From Lingula anatina (lineage: Eukaryota; Animalia; Brachiopoda), in NCBI GenBank assembly GCA_051362555.1, contig CM120643.1, positions 8,680,001 to 8,744,000 of the forward strand: a DNA stretch of 64,000 nt, written 5' to 3'. This document shows positions 34,087 to 45,400 of this stretch, in pieces. The translations under genes and the position numbers were made by a program. Below the pieces are notes generated by a model, which worked only from the letters and a program-made list of their open reading frames with translations, searched no databases and had not been told where the DNA came from. Numbering within the stretch: position 1 is the first letter of the stretch; each line of letters opens with the position of its first letter.

Positions 34087-35749
34087 CTAAAAACAAACTG
34101 GAAACACAGCTCTTCGAATAGAGTGTATTTCTAAATCGGGCGAGGCGCGCTCCTGGGCAGGCAGAACTTCGCTAACACAATCATGCGCCTACGACCAACC
34201 TTACCTGTTACAGTATTGTTATTCAAATTATGCCAACTGCAAGTGACAAGTTTTCATTCAGGGAGCCATGATGTTAGGCAAAGATTCCACGATCCTCGTG
34301 GGTAGAATATGGTGCCTGGTATGTGCAAAGCTACCTGTTCTTCCCGGCCACAACAACAACGTGTAAGTACGTGTACTGGTAGTCTACAGTTTGCATGTTG
34401 ATTGACTGGCGTGTCTCACTACTGGCAGAAATGCGTGAGCACAACACTTTGAAATAAGATGGAGGATTCCAAAATTGTATTATATGCCAGGGTTTCTTTT
34501 TACAGCACAAATTTACATGTAACCCCCAAGTTTTGGCAGTTTATCTGTTTTAGCTGAGTGAAAGCTGGAATGCTCAGTTCGACTTGTATTTCGTAAATAT
34601 TTGTGACGATATCTAGTCTTGAAATATTAAAATTTTGATATATATATATATATAGACTCTTGTATGGAAATTGCGTAAACAGCAGAAACACAAGGTATTC
34701 ACTATATATATGAAAGAGAACAATTACTGCATTGAATTAAAACCGTGGAATAAATAATTCCTTGTGTGTCTAAAATTCTCATTTTAAATATGTTATTTCA
34801 GTCGCCAGTGCATTCAAGAGACGAAGATATGTCCCCATTGAGAAGTTACAACCTTTCGATTTCAATAATCCTGAGTATGGACGTTTGAAATAATTAATTA
34901 AGCCTGTAATCCAACAGTTAAAATTGATATGTTTCTTAACATTTAAGTGTTATGAAGGGTTAACTTGCAAATTATGTACGTGCCTACTGAATATGTATGA
35001 ATTATAGTGACTGTTTGCCTTAGATTTCCGCCTTGAATGGTACTACGGTGAGTAGGCATTGCCTAGCATGTAATGCCAAAAACCGAGGCAAATGACTACA
35101 CGGCCCCACATTTGTAACATATTTTCCCACCAAAACGTAGAAAGCACTTTACCAATTTTGTTTAAATTTGGGTCTTCGGCGACTCCTAACGTGAGAGAAT
35201 GTGCCAGATTTCAAAACGGGTTTGGTTATTTGAAAATCCGTATGCCAGAACACTCTGTTTCGCTTCCTATTCCATCGACACTTTTTGAACTAAAAGGTCT
35301 AACTGTCTTACCTCCAGTTGACTTTTCCAATTTTAAGTAGGTATGGCATAATATTAGAAAATGGTTTCTAAAAGCGAGACAGTACACAAACTGTGCACGA
35401 CAGGGTGCAAATGTGTGTATAATTTTGTAGTCAACCCTTGCTTACTTTTATACGATTACGAAAGGAACTGGTATTAGTTATTTTTCTATTTTTGACCGAA
35501 CATCCTAACAGAAAGTAACTGTTTTGTCAGCATCATTTTGTACCAATATATTAAACTGAGCGAATCTGTTGTACTTTTTTCATTGTGATTGTCTATGTAC
35601 ATTATGTCAATCTAGTTTGTGCACTTTACAGTTTAAGGCAACATTGTCCCATTTTAGCTTCTGAACCAACACATGTAACCTATATTTGACATATTTAACG
35701 TTTAAACATGTATTTCACAATCCTTTTAAACTTCGAACTTTGGGCTGCG

Positions 35750-35792
<43 letters not shown>
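35750..35792. repeat. (ATT)n microsatellite
   Basis: Visible directly. Confidence 0.95.
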
Positions 35793-35793
<1 letters not shown>

Positions 35794-36339
35794 ATATGAT
35801 ATATATTAAATATGATATATATTAAATATATATTAAATCTGCGACTTCTGGCTGCCCTTATAAAGAATCATGATTACCAGCGTATTATATATAATATATA
35901 TATATATTATTTTAGTTTGGATGAGCGTGCACATTAATTTCAATTGCATTACACAGGGAATCGTAATTCTTATGATTACTCCGAATAAACTCAGATGTTT
36001 GGCTTGTCGTACTTTGTAGTAACACATTAAATACTATTTCCTTGATATTGTATATTTTGAGCTGTGCGTTAATATCACTGAAGTTTAACGAATAAAGCCT
36101 GTTCATAACTTTCAACGTCTTCATTGTTTAATTATAAAGATTTCATATTGTTCTCTCTAGTGCTTGTCTTACTAAAATTTAAATAACAATAAAAAAGGTT
36201 TCATCTGACTTAGTCCATTTCGATCTCCTATTCTTTCTTTCTATAACTTTAGAATCAGTGGTGGTGCCAACTGAGCCATTGGCCCCAAAGAATTCCGTGC
36301 TATTTAAACAAAACTTTTATAGTCAATGCAGTCCAATTC

Positions 36340-36740
36340 TTTTTTCTACAAAATGAATGTTCCATGGGAATCGATCCTGTAACCTTCTGGTCCACAGTCT
36401 GCAACGTTACCGGTTGCTCTATTCACCCAACCACCCACCCTAAACTTTGTATCTTCCCTTTATAGTTATGGGACTAATACTCTTTTCTTTTTACAAAAAT
36501 TTGTCGTGTTTAGGAATCGATCCTGTAACCTTCTGGTTCGCAGTCAGCAACGTTACCGGTTGCTCTATTCACCCAACCACCCACCCTAAACTTTGTTTCT
36601 CGCCTTTATAGTTATGGTACGAATTCTCTTTTTTTTTTAAACACAAATTAACCGTATTTAGGAATCAATCCTGTAACTTCAGATCTGACATGTCGGCGGT
36701 TCCTCTATTCACCCGGTAACCCACCCAAATTTTTGCCCTA
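36340..36740 (-). repeat. Tandem array (about 3 x 146-148 bp) of tRNA-derived, SINE-head-like units
   Basis: Minus strand GGGTGAATAGAGCAACCGGTAACG...GGTTACAGGATCGATTCC with A-box- and B-box-like motifs; ggaatc recurs at 36367, 36513, 36661. Confidence 0.7.
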
Positions 36741-38032
36741 CGTGTTTTATTTTTTGTCTGCGCAGATTTGACTTTTTGGAAAAAAATTATCAGAAATTCA
36801 TTAGGCAACATTCGATTGTTTTGTTCTATTCGATTCCAATGTATGGTTATAAACCTAACTTTTGGGCAAAATTCATTAAAAAAATAATGAGGCGGGATTA
36901 AAAGATTTTTGTTTTATCCGATTCCAATCAATACCGAAATTAGCAATGCAACATAGTTAAACAGTTTCAAGAAAATATTTTAAAGGTACAGATATAGCTA
37001 CCAATTACTTTTTCTATTTTATGAGGTTACAACTATTCAAACCAAGAGATTCAGTAAATTCTATGTAACCGCTGAATGATAGATGCAACGCAATTTCTTA
37101 TTCAAAATTTGGAGGCATTTTTGGGTAAAATAAATAAAGCAATTTTACATTACGACGACAAGTTGACCACGTGTGGTAAATACAGACGATGAAAGAGTTG
37201 AATTTGTAACAAATTTATTCACATTACAATTATATAAACCAATGCAGATAACAGCGATGTTTTTCTCAACAAGAATGCATTTACTGCTATGTACTATATT
37301 ATATGAATCTAGTCATGAAGGCATGTGGAGCAATTGATTAAGACAAACATTGAGGCTGCTTTGACGGTGTAATGACTCAGTTGAATAATTTAGTTTCATG
37401 ACAATAATAGTTTCACTTACATATAAGTCAATCACTAGTCTATTTATCCCTGGTTTCTTGGTGACGCATATCCTGACTATCATAAATACGCCTGTCTTCC
37501 ATTTACTGTACAACATCAACATTATGCTACTACCGCGTTCGTTGTAAGCCCCTCCACTTCAATCTCAACCTTCATCATTCCACAAAGTGTCATTTTCCGT
37601 ACATAAAGCAAAAGACAAAGGTTAACTGTTCCCAACCTGGTGGAAATGGCCATCTTTTTCGACAGTAGCCACGTGGTAGTTTGCTCCCTGTTGCATCAAG
37701 ATTTATCATCCGTTTTATTCCCCAGATCAAATGGCATCAGCACGAAATGTCTTGGACGCAAACATCTTCCATACAAGTAAAACAAATGTCTTATATCCTC
37801 GGTATCACTGCCGTCTTCACCGTCCCATGCTGCCAAAGGAATCTCTGTCTGTACTTTTCAACTTACAGTATGAATGTTCATTATTCTGACATCTCTGATA
37901 ACTTGTCATGCAATCATGACGTTACATATCATTTCATTCAGCCTACCCACACAGAGAGTCAGCAGGTCGGTGACCCGACTAAAAGTCTCTGTCATTGGTC
38001 AGTTTACAGGTATTCTAGGGAGACCTTCATAA

Positions 38033-39337
38033 GACCACACTTTTTTATTTTTATGGATGACAGCCTGCGCGAGCACCGATTTCCGTCAGTTCTCCAAAAA
38101 AAAAAAAAAAAAAAAAAACGAAGTTGTCGCAAACTTCGTTATTGAATTTCTGCGCATGCGTATTATCGCCACGTGGAAATATGGCCGTTTTGCCGTCAAA
38201 TTCATCTCTATGCTAACTTTCAAATTACACGACAATTTAAGTCATAAAGAGAACCAGCGATTATCGCCCAGAAAATTTCATGGACATTCTGTCCAAAGCA
38301 GAACATACCAGGTTTTTCTTTTTCTTTTGTAGCGAAAAAAGGGTCGACAATGGCGTCGAGGTATATGGTGGGCTGAAGGTCGGACAGGCCCCCGACAGTT
38401 TGGCTGCTTCGTGTGAGTCGAAGTAGACAAAATGGCATCGACCGAAATGACCATATTCCAGCACTAAATTTTGAACTGTAGCCTAAATAACATAGGTGAT
38501 GCTAGAGTCATTAAAGAAAACATCATACAAAATTTCAGGTTATATTTTCGCAAATAAACAACATTTCAACAAAATTTTCAGTCCCAAAAATTTCTCTTTC
38601 AATAGATAGCATACAACATATTTGATTAACAGGCAGTATGTTGCCTTGACAACGAACTAGATATATCCAGTTCATCCAGTCCAATCTGGCTGTTGTACCC
38701 AGTACAGTACATGTGTAGTTTCTGTTTTTGGAACGGTATTTTATTACTAGAGACCGTACATTTTTAACCAAATAGATATTCAGTAGTGAGCCTCTTATGT
38801 GAATAAATTTTGTCTTGTGAAGTTCTGGAGGGTGTTCACTTTCATAATTTGGCGGTAAGTTTGCTCAGACTTCGTTTTTTGCGAATGCACGTGTTTTGTG
38901 CCAAAAGTAGGTCACTCTTTTCCATAACATCTAGGAAGAGACAAAAAGACGTTAGTATGCAACAAAAAATTTATTTTTAAAGTTTTTTGCTCCATATTTT
39001 TCATAAAACATGACCTGTCCGTCGGAAAGCCAACCCTGCAACTTCCATGTGTCCGAACTGAATTTTTACTTGTCCCGGACAGGCGCAAATGTCGAGCCCT
39101 GCTTTATACAAAGTATTCACAATGCTTTAATATTTTGAGAGCATGGATAAAGACATACTGCTAGTTTGATACGTGTTTCTGTGGTAAATTTGTGTTTCCA
39201 GCTGTGTACTGACAGTTTTCCTTTACTTAAGCAGTTTTTTTTTTTTTTGACTGTTTTTTGTTGTTTTTTTTTTGCCCTCTCGCACCGATTTCGGGATCCC
39301 TGGAGGATGTCATCCATAAAAATAAAAAAGTGTGGCC
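38033..39337. mobile_element. Zator- or PIF/Harbinger-like non-autonomous DNA transposon
   Basis: 30-bp TIR G(G/A)CCACACTTTTTTATTTTTATGGATGACA with one mismatch; TAA TSD at 38030-38032 and 39338-39340. Confidence 0.8.
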
Positions 39338-42277
39338 TAATTACAAAAAAAATAAATAAATAAATAAATAAATAAAAATAAATACTGCACATATATTCAC
39401 CTTAACTTTAGAAAATTCGGTAATATTAAGATTACAAGCCAGGTGAATGAATTTAGATAAATAACAAAAACCGTTTGATATATCCATGTTCTAGTTATCC
39501 ACATTTTAACAGGTATTTTTGGTCTAGCCAAATCAGTTTGCAACTACATGTAATTGTCCTCATATTTAGTTTTTAATGTGTGAACCTTATATACACAAAC
39601 AAAATGATCGATTGTGGCCCACAAAAATGACATTTTTCACTCAACAAGACAGCAAGTTTTCAAGCTCCAAAAGATTATACAGGTTCGAAAAAATCCGCAT
39701 TTTTGAGCATTATATTTGCCTTGAAATAAATATCAAGTGACAACTTGCTGCCTTGCTGAAAAAATACCGCAAATAGTTTTACAAACGTCACGGAGGAAAA
39801 CTCAGACATAGTTATAGCAAAAAAATGTTTAGAGGCACAAGGGACGATTTTATTCTTTGGCGAAATAAATTAAGTTTTGTTCCTAATGATTATGCAGTGT
39901 TAAATACGCTGCGTTTTGATCACTTTGCAAAAGGCTTTAAAATTTGTCGGTAAAAAAAAAAATCATGGTAAATTGCCTTGGACAGAGCGTTTTGATTGGA
40001 CAATGTGATATTGACATTAGCCATAAATGAGAAATATCAAATTAAGTTCAAACATTATTTGCACATTGGCGCTAACAATTCGCCCCCTATGTCTTGAAAA
40101 TGGCTGCTTTCATAATCAGACACACAGAAAGCAGTGTAACTATTAACAAGGTCACATATTTCAATGTATCGAAATATCAAATATTTATTATGGTATTATT
40201 TGTGAAATCATGCCAAAATTAAAAATAGAAGCATAACACTAAACCTTTATCGTATTCTTTAATTTTCAGTTGTGACTATTTTGCAATACTATAATTATGA
40301 CACAATTTTATTAAAAATCACTCACTAAATTTAAAAAAAAATGTTAAAGAGCCATTCCACAGAATTTTTCCCATGTAAAACTTAACTGCCACTACTAATT
40401 ATACCGATGTAGTTTAAATTGTGTAGTTAACATGAGGCACAACTGCAATTTTCGCTGTCATGAGGTACGTGATGAAATAAAGGAGGCATGGAGGACACAA
40501 AATATCACGTGGGAAAATATTGGTGGATGGCAAAACCCAGTGTTCAACATGCAGCCGTCAAACCAATTTTTAAAAATGCATTAAATATAAGTCTTCGACA
40601 AATACCTAAAATCGTTGCCTTAGAACGTTGCGTTGAAGCGGTTAAAATTGAAATATCCATATATTTAGTATCCCGACCGCCTCGCATCCACACCCTCGTC
40701 ACCCAGAACTAAAGAAGAAGTGACATCTCTTCCAAAGGTCCAGGTTTCAAATGATCCGTCGGGGTAGGAGGCAGGAAGAGCTAGGTGACCGTTCTTTCTG
40801 TTTATCAAATACCACAATTTGACAGACAAAAATCGATTAACAATGTTCTAAAATAGTAATGCACAGGAAGCGTTTGTTACCCACGCATTTCAAAATACAC
40901 TAGTTTAAATTAATGAAATTAAGCTTCAGACCCTTACACACCCCAAAGTAAAAATGGTATTATGTAGGTCACTGGCTGTCCTTATATGGTCTACTGCGTG
41001 CTGCAATTTGAGCAGTTTTTGCCAGTGCAAGTTTGACAAACCAAACCGTTCTATAGCGCCATCTGGAGGGGAACAGAAATTATCTTCTCTGCGGCAATCA
41101 GTAGCTTAGCAGGTTGTTTCAGTGTGTGTGCGCGCGCGTGTATGCATGTGCACGCGCTTGTGCGCGCTTAATCTTCATCGCCTTAGAAATGGCGATAATA
41201 ATGTAATTTGAACTGGCATATATAGAAATAATGCAATAGTCAATTTTGAAAATAACAACAACAGTACATGTTATCTACAAACTGTACGGCCATCATCTCT
41301 GCTCACGGTCAGCTGTCATTTTTGACCTGTTAATCATATGAAGCTAAAAACCATGTAAAACGACCTTAAAATACTACACCAGTCTACTATAATGTAAAAT
41401 GTAATGATAAAATAAATAAGCCATTATTAGAATAGAATAATATTGAAGAAAAGTGAATAGATAAACTATCAAATCGACCAAGTACTAGCATTAAAACCGA
41501 ATTGAAATAAAAACATGCGTGCACCGTAGTGATAAATTTCATTATGAAAATTTCGGATAATGAAATAAAACTCCGATTAGGTTATGTACGACCTTTGAGG
41601 AAGTCTCTGTGGATAGAGCAGCACCGCCGACTACTTCTGCAGTGGACTAGGATCTAATAGCGGTTTCGGGCACAACAATGGAATCATGTGGATTTCGCCG
41701 ACGAGGTCAGATTCAACTTATACCATCAACGTAATAAATTAAAATTCCCAAACTAATCTCTTAATATTTCATTTTGATGTGATATTAGTAACAATGCTAA
41801 TGATTACGCCTAATTGTTAAATACAAATTGTATTTTATATTATAATAAATTGTATGAAAGATTAAAATTTTGGAAATTTTTTTGCTTTTTATTCCTTCCT
41901 AAAATTTGTGCTACATGTTTAAACAATTTCAATGAAAATAAGAAATGCTGTTTTGCTGTGCTATACATTTATTCAGGAACAAATCTAACTGACATTACAA
42001 ATAATAAAAGTGATATTCCAAATCAGCTGAAGAACTACCACAAATTGGAATATGTGAGTCTTTTTATTCTTTTTTTACAAAATATCAACAGGTCAGCTGC
42101 TTAATTCTAAATGTCCTAGTCTTTTTTTGTTATTTAAATGCAAAATCTTTTTTTTTATATTTTTTTCTCTATGCACAAAGTCATCTTTGTAAATATGTCC
42201 TATAAATATCACTGGTCTGAGGTCAATATAACAATGTCCATTGGTCAGTCCTGTTTATCAATGTAATGGTCAAGTAA

Positions 42278-42413
42278 TTATGGCAGTGTGGCCTCTGTTA
42301 GCCCTCCAGGGTAGGTGATGGTTATGTAGGATGGACAGGATGGGATTGGACAACACTTGCCAGCAGGTGCTTGCTTCAGGGAGCAGATTGATGGGAGCTG
42401 CCATTGGGGACAT
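42278..42413 (-). CDS. Terminal coding exon CPQWQLPSIC...CCPIPSC...EATLP*
   Basis: ORF 42278..42466; ttttag acceptor; TAA stop. Confidence 0.85.
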
Positions 42414-45400
42414 CTAAAACAAAGAATGGAAACGTGAACTGATAAATAATATGAAACAGTGCTCAATGTTGTTTTGTATAGTGCTTCATTTGGATGGTTA
42501 ATTTCTTACAATTAAAATTTCAAGTTCTGCGAAAAAAATACTGATGACAATTGCTTTTTCAATCTTAAAGAAAGTAGAACTTTTCACATATCCTCTGTAG
42601 TCCCGTTTTTTTTGTATCTTAAATTTTATTTGACACCAAAAAATTCCACGAAGCATAAATTCCATGGACTAATATCTTCTTTTACTTTTTACACCTGGCA
42701 ATGGAAAAATACAATTCGGGTTATTTTACTGTATCATAAACAATACCAAAAACCTTTTTAAAACTACCATGATCCATACTTACAGTGTCTGACAATTGTA
42801 GTTTCCTGTCAGTGCGTTTGTACAGGTACAAGAGTATAAGCACTTATCACGCCACGTTTGTCCCTGTGTGTACTGAATTCCATTGTATAAACAGTAGCCA
42901 CCTTAAAAGAAGCAAAAAAATAAAAAATCAGCTTAAAAAGAATACAGCTGACAATTATTGACTGGTTTGTGAAATAACCTAAGTAAACTCTGTTAATCAC
43001 AGTTTTTATATTGCAAAAAAAAAAAAAAAAACTTTCAAAGATTAGGATATACTTCAGCCAGTATCTTTTATACAATTCACTCTTATTTTAATGTTGAAAT
43101 AGAAAAATTCCAATAAAAATGCAATGCTCACTTTGACCATTGATTATAGATCCTGATCCACCACCAGTGTTTGTGCCAGATCCTGTACCACCGTTGATTC
43201 CGCCAGATCCTGCACCACCGGAGATTATGCCAGATCCTGCACCACCTGGGTTTCCACCAGATCCCGTACCACCGGAGATTATGCCAGATCCTGCACCACC
43301 TGGGTTTCCACCAGATCCTGTACCACCGGTGATTGTGCCAGATCCTGTACCACCAGTGATTGTGCCAGATCCTGCACCACCTGGGTTTGTGCCAGAACCA
43401 CTGCTGCCAGTGCCAGAACCAGTGCCACTGGTGCCTGAGCCACTACCTGTAATAACAATATTAACAACAACAATTATAATAAAATAACCTGTGCCAACCA
43501 AAAATTGAGGAAAGGGAGTCAAAAGGAAAGGATACATTGCATCATGTACATTGGAGCTCTAGCTGGATAATTTGTTAGAATGTACTATGGTAAAACTATG
43601 TTCAACTAATAGTTTGATCTTATATAACTGAATAACATGTAGCCAATAATGGAAAGAATTACTTTAAAGAATGAAATGCTATCGATTCAGTTAAAATCTA
43701 TCATAATAAACCTTTCAAACTTACCACAGAATCCACAGAATTTGGCACATCTTGCCTTGGCCCATGGTACGTAGGTTGGATTGGTACAAACAGACTTTGT
43801 GTAGGGTTCACAGTCGATCAAGTCGACACAGCCATCTGGGGATGGTGTGGTTGGTTTCAGCTCATCTGAAAAAAGTTTTCGATTGGTGAGACTGATAGTT
43901 ATTTCATATTAAAATACAGAACTATCATATCAATTTTGTGCATCTACAACTCCTGTGGCAACCTGGTCCAGGGCTGTCCCTTAAAAACAAGATTGTAGAA
44001 CCTAAAGGTGAAATCATCTTGATGAGCTCATCTGGTAAAAATTTTTGAATAGTTTGGACTGATAATAAAAATACCATGTTTGCACGATCACTTTGAGAGG
44101 GAAGCAAAGAACTTCCACTCTTACTGTATCTACACCCACAGAAGAATCCCTCTGATTCAAAGCACTGTTGATAATTTGGTATCTTTCCAATCTACATTGA
44201 AAATAATGTATTTATTCACTCATCACTGTCAACTAATTCCATGTGTCAAGCTGCACACTTACCACACAGACCACATCTTCTTGGGCAGTTTGCTTTAGCC
44301 CAGGCCTTGTATGGTCCAGTACATGCAGAGTCCTCAAACTGATCACAGTTGGATAGCTTATTGACACAGCCATCTGTTGGCAATGGAGTGGTTGTGAGGT
44401 AGTCTGAAATATTGAAGAAAATAAAAATATAAATCTATCAATATGGATTTTATCTTTTCTTTGAAAAAAAAAAATATTACCCACAAATTATAAGACAAAT
44501 GTTTTGATAAATCAATCAAATATACCAAGTGACATAAGTTTTACGAGAAAGTATAGTTTCACAGCATGCACCTTGAATGACACACACAACATTTCCCATT
44601 TCGACAGGAATGGTTGTCCTAGGAATGGAAGTTCAGAGTCCAATAAAATTGGTACAAGTTGGGGTTAGTAGATTGGACAAATGTCACCTGTCACATATAC
44701 ATGGATGTATATATAAGTATTGGGAAATGGACGACGGTTTCTAGAGCACTACCATTCCTGTCACACTGGCCTGTTAAGGCTCCATTATATGACATATATA
44801 AACACTAACCACACAGTCCGCATGTCTTGACACAGTTCTTCACGGCCCATCCCAAGTACTGTCCTGTGCAGGCCTCGGCAAAGTTGTATTCATTGCAGTT
44901 GGGGAGAATGTCCACGCATGGCCTGACACCTCCGGTGCCTGTGCCTGTTCCAGTGCTTGTACCAGTAGTGCTTCCAATGTTTGCTGGTCCTACATCAACA
45001 AACATGGGGTGTAATATGGCTATTCATAGAGTGTGCTGCCTAATAGTATTCAGTATCATATGTTGGCTCAGATAGAACCAAGCCTACACTTTTCCAAAGT
45101 TAACTCAGTCAACACAATTATTTATTTTCACAAGACCCTTAAAAATTCTGTAAGTCTTCAATGAAAGCAATATATGGAAATGGTTAAATCTACCCAAATA
45201 TGCATGCTCTCTCTGGATCTTTATAGTAATGAATGTTAAGGAGATTTTTACCCATTATATTAATGAATATGTTAACTAGTATGCAAATAGATATGCTAAT
45301 GAGAGGATTGATGAATATGCTAATGAGTATGCTAATGAATATGCAAATATGTATGACCTCACCTGAGCAGACAAGCTTCTTACAGCACTGGTTTGGTACT

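Noticed and set aside
36365-36428. Functional tRNA-His or tRNA-Arg gene
   Set aside because: Acceptor and anticodon stems do not pair properly; treated as a tRNA-derived repeat.
37313-38145. Possible small gene in the intergenic block (ORF 37681..38145 and a minus-strand frame)
   Set aside because: No recognisable motifs or consistent exon chain; the ORF runs into a transposon end.
29140-42272. LTR retrotransposon defined by the two ~550-bp direct repeats
   Set aside because: No TG...CA ends, PBS/PPT, TSD or gag/pol remnants seen; one repeat is the gene's own 3' UTR.
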